From: Moniliella sp. 'wahieum'
Taxonomy: Eukaryota
DNA length: 64,000 bases
Assembly (NCBI GenBank): GCA_003971905.1
Contig: RSEE01000013.1
Span: 558,001 to 622,000, forward strand
Direction: 5' to 3'
Of this stretch, positions 1 to 11,960 are shown in pieces. Each line of letters opens with the position of its first letter. Position 1 is the stretch's first letter. Made by a program: the position numbers and the translations under genes. The notes beneath the pieces are model-generated. The model did no database searches and was not told where the DNA came from. It saw only the letters and a list, made by a program, of their open reading frames with translations.

Positions 1-214
1 GCAAGTTGTTCGCGCATTGGAAGGAGTTGGCTACTAAGTCTCAGTGGAAATGGTTCCTCGCTCGGATGTCAACCACGTTCCTCCGTGTCCACACGCGCTT
101 CCTAGGGTACGGGACCGGATGGCGTGAGCCGGAGGGTCCTGATATCCTGGCGATCCCCCTGGTCCCTTGACCCTGGTGGCGCCCCCAAGTAACCCCCGCA
201 AGATGAACGGTTAG

Positions 215-272
215 GTTTAGACGTAGCGTTCCCCCTGTCCCAGCCTTAAGCTCTGTCAATGAAATGGACGTG
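215..272. repeat. Copy 1 of a ~58-bp dispersed direct repeat, possibly a transposon terminus
   Basis: GTTTAGACGTAGCGTTCCCCCTGTCCCAGCCTTAAGCTCTGTCAATGAAATGGACGTG aligns by eye at about 80% to 3629-3685. Both copies end in GTG, after which similarity stops. Confidence 0.7.
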
Positions 273-936
273 ACCTAGAGATTGCTCTCTCTTTTCATCA
301 AGAGAGGATGGGATGGATGAGAACAGAGTCTGAAACGGCATTCTGCTTCGCAAGCCACGAAACCGAAACCAGAAGGAAGTCAAAACAAGGAGAAAACTCG
401 AGAAACACGGACGAAAGTGGGGGAAAGGGAAAGGGAAAGGGAAAGGGAAAGGGAAAGGAAGAAGAATGGATATGTTTTTTTTGTTGGGTGTATTGATAGT
501 GTGGATGATACCAAAAGTTCTCTTATCTTTCTTCGTCCCACAAACGCGGGGTACCTTGTAATCGGAGGGGGGATCATCTTCGCCTCCCGATTGTTGTGGT
601 GTTGATCAAAATGGAAATGATAATGATAATGGAAAGCTTCAATTGAGCTAAGACTGGGTGGATCGTATCAATCATCTCATCATCGGGCGCGAGAGAATCC
701 CCGTAATATAATGCTTGGGATCTCACTCTTGCCTTTTTGTGGTGATGAGTTGACAGAGAGACTGATCTCATCCCGTCTCATCTCGAATTCTTGTCTTGTC
801 GGTTTTCAATATGTTTTCAATAGAGATGTGATGTGGATACCAATGGTGGTAAACACACAAGGTGAAAGGTCACCTTCAATGGGCTCGTTCTCCGTTTGCC
901 CCTTGTCTTCCGCGTAGGTGGAGGAGGACCAGTGGT

Positions 937-2955
937 TCAAAAGTGCTCTTCGTGGTCCGAGCCAGAACCAGAACTTTCGTCGCTACTGCTTTCCGTCTCG
1001 GCAACCTCATCAGCATACGGGTCAAACTTGCTCCATCGCCCCCGCGTTGGCGAATAGGCAGCTCCTTTGCCTGTGGGCGGGCACAAGCGCTCGTGCAAGC
1101 GCACAAAGTGGTCTTCAATGGGCATAGACTTGTTCCGGGGCCAAAGTTCCACCACCCGATCCAAATGGGCCTGCTCCAGCAGCTCATCGACAAACTGCTC
1201 CATCGAATGGTACCGTGTGCTACCTGCGAGATGGGTAAACAGTTTGTACAGGAACGGTACAGTTGACGTGTTCCGTTGTGCCCTCCGTTGGTCCTGCAAG
1301 ATGCGCACCAGCAGCGCATACTTGCCCCGGACACGAACGTCGTGGAGGTAAAAGGATTTATCACCTTGCTTTTTCCATAGACCCGTGTGGTAGTGCGTCC
1401 AACGATAATCTTGGCTCAGCTGGAATCCGCCGCGGTCCACTTTGCGCCACCCATCTTGGTCCGTGCGTTCGGTACTGGAGCGGGAGGGCATCTCATCCTT
1501 GGAGGACGTGTCTAGTGGTTCACTGGACGGGCAAATCCCCTTCATGGCCAGGACAATAGAGTGATTGTCCACCACTTCAATCCATTCCGTACCGGGGTAA
1601 GGACCGCCACCCAGCCGGACCAGTCCCAAGTCAGCTGCCGCACTGGCATAGTCGGCCCACCCGCCAAACCGGCACCAGCGTAAACCTTCTGGTACTGCGC
1701 CACAAGCGTCGTGGCCGTCCGAGAGCGAAGTTGCCTCGTTACCGACGCCTTCTTCATATTAATGCCCCGCCTTCCCAAAGACGTGTCCCGGGGCATGTCC
1801 AACAGCACCTGAATCAACGGGATAAAGTACATCTGGTAGTTATTGCTCTTTTCGTTTTCTTTTCCTGGGACTTCTTCAGCGGGGCAAAGTACTGCTGCAA
1901 CCCCGTTTCGTCGTCCAAAGCAGGACGCCCAGCAGGCGACTTGATACCAGTCGGAACCTTCGGCACCACTGCGGGGGCGCTAAGGTCCGAGGCGCGGCTG
2001 GTGGGGCTCGAATGGGGACTGTGGGCAGGGCGGCCTGGAACGAGTCGCACGACGTCACCAAACATGAAAATACGTTGCACCGTATGGACCAAGGCACTGG
2101 AAACGACCTTCTGGGTAGGAACGATGAGATCAATGTGATACCCCCGTCCACAGAGGGTGGAAATGTGGTAGTCCAAGTCGGCCAAGTTACCCGAGATGAG
2201 GAGGATGCGTGCTGGGGCCGGAGTGTCAAGGACAAAGCTCATCACCCCGCTAGCCATCATGAATCCAGTTTGGTTCTTCTTGGTGGTGGCATGGGAATGA
2301 ACCAAGGTGACCCCGCTGCGCTGCAACTCTTCCCGCACCTGGACCGTCCGCGTCGAGAGACCGGCTGGAATGGCAGGAAGCGCCACGGTGGCACTAAAAT
2401 TGGCATGATAGCATTCACTGATGGTTGTGATGACGATTGGACCATAGATCGAATGGCTTGGACCACCCCAGACACGCTCAGATTCTCGGCACCGGCACTG
2501 ACTGTACAATGATCGAATATCAGCACGTCAGTTAGGCTGTCACCGAGAATAGTATTAGAGAAAGGAAGGATGGGGGGGGCGTACCTCCAAGTCCCAGAAG
2601 ATGCCACAGCGGATTGAGGGAGGTGGTGAAGTTAGGTCACCTGCTTTCTCAAGGACGAACGGCAGTGACGAAGATGAGGGCGGCAGTGGCGAAGATGAAG
2701 GCGGCAGTGGCGAGGATGAGGGCGGTACCGGTGAGGGTGAAGGTGAGGGCGAGCCAGAGGAGGGGGGCTGGCTGTCGATGGGGGAAAGCACCGGGGAAGT
2801 GAAACTTTTCCTTGTCGCCCAGCACAATGTCGCTGGAAGGAAGGCGGTGGTGTCCCCATCGCTTGAGGCAAAGGGAGACTGCAGTCGGGATGGCGACTGG
2901 GGTCCGAGCGACTGGAGGGGGAAGACGTGAAGAGATGCTCTAATAACGCTAGCAT
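937..2955 (-). CDS. NYN-domain (Limkain-b1/MARF1/LabA-like) protein with probable OST-HTH-like C-terminal segment; frameshifted in this assembly
   Basis: CGIFWDLE precedes an intron at 2502-2584 (GTACGC..CTGAC..TACAG). It is followed by VVQAIRS, YGPI, REELQRSGVTLVH, DTPAPARILLISG and LCGRGYHIDLI, the motif order of fungal NYN proteins. GLVRLGGG..EWIEV resembles their C-terminal HTH repeats. Start and end are approximate. Confidence 0.7.
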
Positions 2956-3628
2956 GATTTCGAGAAGATAATGGAGGTGGAGGTGGAGGTGGAGGTGGAA
3001 GAGCGAGTGGAGCGTGGCAAACGGAAGGTGGGCCGCACTGATTGTGGGGTGGTGGAGGGTGGAGGACAGGGCAGGCACAGAGAGTTACTAGCCTGTGATA
3101 TATATATAGGATGGGACGTCGGTTATACCCCGCAGCAGAAAGCAAGAGAAAATCGCGCACTGCTGTCCCTGTGGGCCAGTCATCGAGACGTCATCAATCA
3201 GTGCTCCGTGCCATCATGTGCATCATGGGCTGGTCAATAGAAGGTTTGTTACTGTTACCGGTTCTACGGAGCAAAGCGATAACCGATAGAGTGGGCCTTC
3301 GTTTCGCACCCGCCACACGCATCACCATGCCACATCCTCGCACAGCCACTTGCTTCATTTCACCGCTCTTCCCTAGAGTAATAGTCTCTCCGGAGCATCG
3401 CTCCCCCGTCAATCATCAAGGTGGCTGCCCGACATCTCGAATCCCTAAGAAATAACTTCTGCAATGACGAACCAACGATGTATAGCTATCCAATTTCCAA
3501 CCTCTCCCCCTTTCACTATTCAGCACTCCGTTTCGCTGCCCCTCATCGATCATCTCGATTCCCACCTATATAGAAGCTTTGCCAAGTCGTACAAACGATA
3601 CATAGGCAGCATACGTACACCGATTTGT

Positions 3629-3685
3629 GTTTAGGCGTAGGGTTTCCCTACAACAGCCTTAAGCTCCGTCAATGATATGGATGTG
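3629..3685. repeat. Copy 2 of the ~58-bp dispersed direct repeat
   Basis: GTTTAGGCGTAGGGTTTCCCTACAACAGCCTTAAGCTCCGTCAATGATATGGATGTG shares CAGCCTTAAGCTCYGTCAATGAWATGGAYGTG with 215-272. Confidence 0.7.
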
Positions 3686-4095
3686 GTAACTAGTAACTAG
3701 TAAGAATCAAAGATGACTTACCGGTTACCGCCTTCCCTTTCTTTCTGTGCTCGTGACTACTCAAGAGCCACCCAGTCGCACTCGGCACCCACTTAGCGCT
3801 GCCTACGGCTTGATTGCCAGGCGACCTATATGATCTGTCATCTTACTAGGACCCATCCCAAAAGGAGGAGACCAGTCTGCCGCTGAACTCGGCAGCAGGC
3901 AGGTGACCGGTGATGATGAGGAACGCTATCAGGGAAGGTACCGAAGCGTATAACGATTGTCGCCTGTGGCCAGGAGGGGGGTGGGTGGGTGAGAGAGGGA
4001 TCGGATTGAAGTGGGACGGCAAAACAAAGGGCCGTGCGCAAAAAAGTGCAAGAAAGGGAAAGAAGAGGACCGGTGGCTCGCACTCGCACGGTCCT

Positions 4096-5352
4096 TCATG
4101 TCCTTCCCACAGGGCCAAAGAGCTTTCGCTTGTCAACCCAGTAGCGGGTGCGAATGGGATCGGCATTAACAAGGCGGGTGAGAAGGCGCAACGCACGAGC
4201 CCGATACGCATCCGCCTGGTCCGAGGGCAAACTAGGATCGCGTAAACGTGCTTGCAGACTATCCAGCCTCCACTCTAGTGCATGCGGTGTCCCGTTGCCC
4301 CCCATATCGGCATCAGGAGAAGCTGCAATGTCCTCCTCCGAAGGACTGAGGCTGGAGGCGAACAAGTCCAGTTGGTCCCGTACCTGCGTGGCCAAACGTC
4401 CTTTGGACGTCGCATAGGCCACTCGGTCCGGATCGTCCGAGTTGAGTATCCTGTTAGTCTCTTTCTCCAGTTGGGCATACGCGCCCCCCAATACGCCCAG
4501 GGAGACGCATTGTTCTTCGTCACAGCAATCTTGTTTTGGTGTAGGTGATCCCCGCACACGCTGGCCAGGGGATCGGGCGTGGTGCTGAGCAAGCCGACGC
4601 CAAACTGGACAAAGTAGCGATGATTCCATGCACTGTTGTTGAACAGGTCCGCAGCGATCATCGCTTCGGTAAACTTGACCTCTTGGTCCCAGAGGGAGGA
4701 AGCGGTACGCGCCTGGAGCGAGCGCACCGGACTCGCAGGATTAGATGCTTGCTCCGACGGGGTCCCGGCAAAGTACATCAAAGCCCATTCGCGGTGAATC
4801 CAGGTATGGTAGTTTTTGCCATCCTCAGCTAGCACCGAAGCAGTTACCTCGAGCTCCGTGTTGGCCAGTTGGGACCACAGCGCATACGCCACGTCTTCCC
4901 CCTCCTCGGGGATACGAGCGAGGATGCGACGCGCCAACTCCAGCACCACGTTCTTGCGATGCTGCCACACCTGGTACTGTTTCATGTGCTCGTGACACCG
5001 GTCGTCCAAAATGTCCATCTCGGCGGCCAAGCGAGCTTCGGTGGAGAGCACAGGGGGGAGGAAAGGGTCGTCGCGTGCCTGCTCGGGCGCAGGCAGCAGG
5101 TCGGCACACAGCAGCTGAAAACGGTAGGCCCAGATGGTGTAGTGCTACTGGCGAGTGTGGAGAGGAAGGTGGTGAGGCCGAGCGCACGCAGGCTCAACTC
5201 GCCCTCGCGCGACAGGGTGCGGAAGAGGTCCATGGCGCGAGCAAAGTCGGGAGGATAGAGGATGGGGCAGAGAGGCTCGTTGGTCTCCTTCTGCGGGGTG
5301 GGGGGACGTCGGCCCACAAGGGACTGGCAGCGTCAAAGGCGGGTGGGTCCAT
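4096..5352 (-). CDS. RAM2: Protein farnesyltransferase/geranylgeranyltransferase-I alpha subunit (frameshifted)
   Basis: WADVPP, PLCPILYPPDFARAMDLFR, ELSLRAL, PPTA repeats KQYQVWQHRK, DGKNYHTWIHREW, DLFNNSAWNHRYF, NNASPWAY, and C-terminal ADPIRTRYW, spread over ORFs 4982-5317, 4275-5051 and 4096-4629. Confidence 0.9.
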
Positions 5353-6434
5353 GGCCACGGCAGCGGGCGAAGGCGAAGGGAGGAGGGGTGGGGGGGGGAA
5401 GGGGGGGGAGGAAGAGGAAGAATAAGAATAAGAATAAGAAGAAGGAGCAGGCGAAGGAGAAGGCGAAGGAGAAGGCGAAGGAGAAGGAGAAGGAGAAGGA
5501 GAAGGAGAAGGAGAAGAAGGGGCTGGTGAGGATGCTGCTCGGCTGGTTGGCTGCTGTCTTGCGTTCGTGCCTGCTACGCCCCAAAGGAGTACAATCGGGG
5601 CCAACGACGAACGGCGGGCGGGAGTAGCTAGTAGGCCCTAGTAGGCCCGAGTCCACGTGAGGGGGAGTGCCTGGGTTGAGTGCCTGGCCGCTGCACTGGC
5701 ACAGGCAATGTGCCATGTGACGTCAGATCACACGTGGCGACGGCTGACGCTGCAGCTGGGGCAGCCAACGCCGCGCCAGCGCGACGCCGGGAACCACCAA
5801 CTGGCGCCATGGCGGGGGGAGGGCGGCACAACCCTAAGAGGCCGGGTAGGCTCCCCCCCTGGCGCTGGGCTGCTGCGGGCGGGGCTAGGGCGCTAGGAGC
5901 GCAGCAGGGTTCTGGCGTGGTCTAGCCCTGTCTAGCCCTGGCGCTCCGAGTTGTCTGAGAGCGCCAGCAGCGCGGCGGGCATCAGCGATCGATCAGCTGG
6001 GATCGGCTGGGATCCCAGTGCTGCCCCCACCGCACGAAGACTATACGACGCGAGTAGGTTAGGCGTAGCTTGTTTTTACATTTCACCAGCCAACCCCATC
6101 ACATGCACCCCACCACACCCCACCACATCACACCCGTCCATTCCATGCTGGAACAGTGGCCCATGCAGATGCCCATCATTGGCACCATCCCCTCTGCTTG
6201 CCGACCCCATCCCCATTCGGCGCAAGCGACGAGCGACGAAGGAAAAGGCATGGCCAGCCTCAGCCAGTTACTGCACACTACAGCTCGCGCTGCTTGCCCA
6301 CAATCTTCGTCTGCCGCGTAGACCCAACCCCGACTGTCTGCGTTCCCCGTCCGTTCGCATCATCATGATCGCAAGCGTGTCAGCACATCCTTCCCCCGTC
6401 TCCTTCTGTCCCCTCAGCGCTCAGCCTCACCGCA

Positions 6435-8536
6435 TCACTCCCACCGAGCAGACAGACGTACCACACGGTTGCACCCAAACACATGGATGCGCTTCAAGCG
6501 GCTGTGGAGCAGCTGGCCAACCAACTCATCCGCCACGGCGCGTACAAACGAAACATCGAGCATTTCCAACACGGGGATTTGGCCCACCAACTGAGCCAGT
6601 CCCGCTTCGCTCAGGCGGTCATCCGAATTGACACACAGACAGGTCAGTGTTTCTCCTGCATGTGCTAAGATCGCAGTCAAGACTTCATCCCCCACCTGGT
6701 CGATGCGACTCAGATCAAGGCTCTGCAGCTCGGCCCGTCCCCCCTCGCCCTCGCGATCGAACGGTGTCCAGGCCGTGAACAGGTCCACCAGCCCGTCCGA
6801 GGAAAGCCGCGAGAGCCGGGACAGGTTGAGCGAATGCAACCCCCGACTCTTCTTGACACCCACCAACACCTTGTCCGTCAAGGCGGTGTTGCCGGAAAGG
6901 TTGAGGTGGCGTAGGTGGGCGCCGACATGGTCCAGCAGAGCCAGCACCTCGGGATCGTGCAAACTCTTGGGTGGGACCCCGGGAGCCGAGACTCCCGGAT
7001 CAGAGATATCGAGGTACGTGAGGTGCGTCAACCTATGCAGTGGCTGGAGCGCCTTGGCGTTCAACGGTCCAATTTGGGCCAAGCCCAACCGGCTCACGTT
7101 GGGACAATGGTGCGCCAAGGCGCGTGTACAGGCTTCGTCGAACCGTGCCGATTCTCGGATCTTGAAACTGGTCAGGCCACTGCCCACCCGGCCAAAGAAC
7201 GTCCGCCAAGCTTCTTGCCGAACCAGAAACGGACCGTACAGTTCCACATCCGTCAAGTGCCCTCCCCACTTGTCCCCCCAAGCCAGGACCGAGTTGTCAA
7301 CCTGCCCACACAGTTGCAGGTTGACGAGACGGACATGGGGGCACGCGTCCGGGAACGTGGAAAGCGTCCGAGATGACAGGTCACTGCAATCGTATAGTCG
7401 TAGTTCGCTCACGTTGGGAGCAAGAAAGAGCTTCACCGTCTCATTGTCCAACCGACGGTTCCGACACAGCGCTTGGACCACTTTGTCCCTGTTTTCCCCC
7501 GTCACGCAGCACAAGTCCTCCACCTGCTCAATGTGTCGACTCATGACATTGATGCACATCTCCTGCAGCGTCGGTAACCTGTCTTCTTGCAATGCGAGCA
7601 GCGCCTTGCGCCGGGCGAATGCCGACAACGTCCGGGTACGAGTCGCCTTGGAGATAGGGCGGGCGGGCTTGGACGTACGAATGTCCTCTTCGGTAGCGTT
7701 GGCGCCACACATGGCAGATCGGACCGTTGGAAACGTAGGTGGTATACGTTGTGATGGCAAACCGTTTCTCGCATCCGGCACAGTAAGCCAGCGCTCCATT
7801 CGGCCTGATCATCGAGGCCGAGGGACGAATCGTGATGAGCGAAGTGGCACTAGCACTACCTGTGCTCAACCTCATCCTCGTCGTTCGCAGAGGCGCTTGC
7901 ATGCCTTCTGCCCTTCACTTCCCCCAGACCCCACTCCTCTTCGCCTGCAAAGGATTCATCAAATGCCTTGCGCTTCCGGTTGCGCACCTCCGCCGCCGCT
8001 CGCACCCCAGTCAACTTCTCCCACGTGAATCGATCCTACCGCTGCCAGACCCAGACCCGGACCTAGACCCAGATCCAGATCCAGATCCAGATCCAGATCC
8101 AGACCCGGACCCAGATGCATACCGGACCCAGATGCATACCCAGACCCAGATGCATACCCAGGTGCATACCCATGCCCAGGTCCGGACCGAGCCTCGGTTT
8201 CCTCTCCCTGACCGTCGCCCTGCAGCTGAACCGTGTTGGCTTGCTCCTCATCTCCGTGCCCCTCATGTTCATCCTCATGTTGATCCCCGTCCCCATCTTG
8301 GCGGCGGGCAAAGCGGCTGGGGTGGCCGCGGGCCGTTATGCCTTTTTCCTAGTCGGGCGGCAGACGCGCGTGAGCAATCGAACCAAAGACGCAGCAGCAT
8401 TGAGTATTAAGTACTGATTGCTGATTATAGATGCCAAATGGGAAGGAAAAGGGGAAGGGGAAGGGGAAGGGGGGCGACGCACGCGGAGGAACTCTGTAAG
8501 TGCGCTGGTATGACCGCGGCCGTTGACGTTGGACAT
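6435..8536 (-). CDS. RAD7: Rad7/Rhp7 nucleotide excision repair LRR protein
   Basis: N-terminal RGHTSALTEFLR followed by a GTGCGT intron donor near 8482. CAYCAGCEKRFAITTYT Cys motif, LPTLQEMCI, LCRNRRLDNETVKLF, LYDCS, LYGPFLVR, leucine-rich repeats, terminal IHVFGCNRV. Confidence 0.88.
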
Positions 8537-9909
8537 GGTGCGCAGGCAGGCGAGCAGAACTCGCGGTGGAGGTGCAGAGGTGCGGGAGTGGGATTGGGAG
8601 TGGGATTGAGGGCATAGAGGCTCAGGAGGGACTAGGGACTATTGAAAGGCTGTGGCAACCCGCTTTTGCCATCCAGTCCTCTGCTTAACTAGCTTAATTG
8701 CTACCGCTTAACGCTTAAAGTGCGCGGCTACGTCATTGCGTAATTAATTTACCTCGCGAAGTCGCTAGTCGCTAGTTATAGTTACGCGTTACGAGTAACT
8801 CACTGGGACGAGTCACTAGACGGGGACTAAGTGTTGGTCACCACTTTCTTGAAGAGCAACAGTCACTGGCCTGATGCACCTTATGAGACCTGGAAGCCTG
8901 GATTCCATAGTCCTGATGGTCCTCGAGGGTGACCGGTGATGCAATCGCACTGATGGTGGTGGGTAGTGGTGGTGGTCTAAGATCTAATCAAAGCTAACCA
9001 ACAACACTTAGGCAAAACGGCAGGGAGAAAACAAAAGGAACTGCTACGCGTGCGGCTCAGGTTGAGCCCTCAGCCTCAGCCTGACGAGGAACTGAAGCTT
9101 GAAGGGACGATGGCTAAAATGCACGAGCCACCCGGGGCTCAACCTAGTCACCAGCCACTTTTGACTATAGTAGCTTCAAGCGTAAAGGACAAGGTGGCTA
9201 GTTTGACGCTCAGTATACTAGGTACTAGGTAGGCTGTGGTAGCAGTAGCAGTAGCAGTAACAGTAGCCAGTAGCCAGTAGCCGGTAGCCAGTAGCAGACA
9301 GTGCCACCCTTGCCCTTCCCCATCTCAAACTCTCAACCTCTCAACCTCTCAACCTCTCACACTCTCATCGACCTCCCGCTATCGACTATCGACCATCGAC
9401 AATCGAGGTTGTGCCGTGGGGGAGGTTACCATCCCACCTATCTGCCGCGATGCGGCCCTGTTGGTCCTGGCGTCTCGCACTGGGGTACAAGCTCCTGCCG
9501 CATCCCCAACCCTGGCCGATGTGACATGTGATATGTGAGCAGGCATGGGAGAGGAGACCCTTGAAGGTGGTCAAGCCTAAGGCCTAAGGCCTGATACTTG
9601 TACTTGATATGCCATGCCCTGAGGCGCAGGCCTGAGGCAGTACACACTAGGAAAGGGAACGCGGGCGTGGGGGTAGGACAAACGTGCGAACCATGCGGAA
9701 CCGTGCGGAACCGTGCGGAACGGACGAAACGCGCAAGAGGAGCAGAGGGGTGGGAAAAAGTAGCTCGCTAGCAACAAGCAAAGGATAGACCGACGAAGGA
9801 AGTGACCAAAGGGCGAAACCCACAGAAACGCATAAACACATAAACACATGAACACATGGACACCTCGCCCCTCCCCGGTTCCCCCTCCCGGTCGGCCTTC
9901 CCCCTCCAC

Positions 9910-11350
9910 CTATCTCCGCGCGGGCACGGTCCGGGAGGACAAGATGTTAGCCCAACCGGGTTCCTCGTCGTCGCTCAAGGCCAGCTCAGCGAGGGAGATG
10001 ATCCGGCTCGGCGGACGCATAGCGCGGGACTTTTTGCGCAGCGTACGGGTACCTGCCGAGCCAGAGGACACAGAAGCCGAAGAAGGTAGACCCAGGCCTG
10101 GAAGGTGGTTGACGTGAGGGGGAGGGGACGCAACACCATCACTGTCGCCCTCTTCGTCTGGCGCTGGCGGTTGAGCCTCCCTGCGTGTGGATCGGCCGAG
10201 CGAACTGGCTCTTGGAGGGATGCCGGGGATGGGAGAGGATGAGGCCGCACCAACAGGGGAGGAAGGTAGGTCAGTGGCCGGGAGCGGTTGGGGGGGCGTT
10301 GGGGCGGAGTGTGTGGTTGAGGGTGAGGGTGAGGGTGAGGTAGAGGCTGGGCTTGGGGTTGCGGTTGTTGTTGTTGTTGTTGAGTGAGAGGCTGCGCGGT
10401 AGGTGGAGATAGAGATGGTGATGAGGACTGAAGCGGAGATGGAGATGGAGATAGAGACGGAGACGGAGACGGAGACGGAGACTGAGACGGAGACGGAGAC
10501 TGGGGTTGAGGTTGCTGCCGCGGTTGGTTTTGAAGAAGAGGTTGGCGTTGAGGTTGACGTTGAGGCTGGAGTTGAAGTTGAGGGTTAGGGAGCTGGTAGG
10601 ACGGCTGTTGATTGGCTGCTAACGGGGCCGCACTGGAGAATGGTGGTGGTGGGTCCGATGCGCAAGGGGGCGAGATGGAGATGGGCGGGGGCGAAGGATG
10701 GAACGAAGGTGAGACAAGCGGCTCTCCCTCTGCTCTGCGTCCTGGGCCGGATCGGCGCCCAACGTGGCAGGGGAAGAGCGAGCGTGGTGCCGGACAGAGA
10801 GTGCGCCGAGGAGGGGGAGGAGGAGCGAGGGTGGCTACGCGACAGAGAGGGGAGGAGGCAGTGCGGGAACGAAGCTGCTGCTGCTGGGCACCAAAGTAGT
10901 CGCTGGTCCAGTCGGGTTCAAGCTCGGCAAATGCGTCGCCGCCACCACGTACCTCGGGCGGGCGGTGCGGGCTGGGGAGCAAGGAGGACGAGGTGACAGA
11001 GCGGAAGGAGCGGAAGGAGGTGCCGCTGAGCTGGGCGCGGATGCCCGTCGGCTGCGGGCCGATCGTCTCGCCCCACGCGCCGGTGCCCTGGGCGCGACCT
11101 CAAAGTGGAACTGGCGGCGGCGCTCGAGCGGGGGGGGGGGGGACGGGGGTGCCAAAGGGCGCGCGGGGCAGCAGGGGATCGGCTCGGCCTGGGACTGGAA
11201 GCGCGCAATCTTGTCGCGCACAGGCGCGGCGGCGTGGGTGGCGTGCTGGGTGGCGGGCAGCGGCGGGCTGGTGTGGGCGCGCTCGAGCGCAGCGATGCGC
11301 TCGCGCAGCGTCTCCTTGCGCGCACGCGCCGGCAGCTGGGCAGGAGCCAT
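9910..11350 (-). CDS. Low-complexity Pro/Ser/Gln-rich hypothetical protein
   Basis: Starts MAPAQLPARARKETLRERIAALE..VRDKIARFQ and ends AELALSDDEEPGWANILSSRTVPARR-stop. The middle is broken by frameshifts and hexamer repeats. The RDKIAxF..PRxxFG motif is recalled from basidiomycete hypothetical proteins (unverified). Confidence 0.5.
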
Positions 11351-11960
11351 GGGCAGAAGGGTGGATGCGGCGGCGGGGGGCAGCTGGCAAGCGTGGGGGT
11401 GGGGGTGGGTGCGCGGGCCTCCACGTCAGGCAGGCGGGGGCGGGTGTGATGATCCTGCCGGCGGACCACAATCCCACCGGTCTAGTTCGGGTGCGCTGGG
11501 GGCGGGCCGACTGGTTGCTATTGCGATTGCGATGGCTATTGCGCGTTCTGGGTTTATTCCGGCCTCGGTTTTGTTCGCCTCCTCGTACCTGGGATCGGAA
11601 TCGCAATGGGCCCTCACCTCACCACCCAGTCCGCCATGCCAGCACCCAGCACACGCATACACACACACCACCCTCCTAGGCCTGGCGGACGAAGCAAGGC
11701 AGCAGCAGCCACAGATGGCAGGCGGCGGCATCTGGTGCGGATGCACATTGGGGTGGCGCACAGGATGAGGTAAGCACACACCCGCATCCCTCCCTGCGTT
11801 CCCGCCCATTCCCGCCAGTCCGCCCCCACCCCCCCACCCCACCACTAGGGTTGCCGTGTGCGTGGCAGCCGCAGCCGCCCCCCCCCCCCCCCACTCGGCG
11901 CCACGAAGAAGCACCCCACCCCCCCCCCCCACCACCACCCTCTCTCCCCCCTCCCTCCCG

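Noticed and set aside
6628..8028. 466-aa plus-strand ORF and similar long ORFs (e.g. 44263-45054, 58107-59294, 62395-63435)
   Set aside because: Antisense shadows of real genes in GC-rich DNA, with no recognisable domains.
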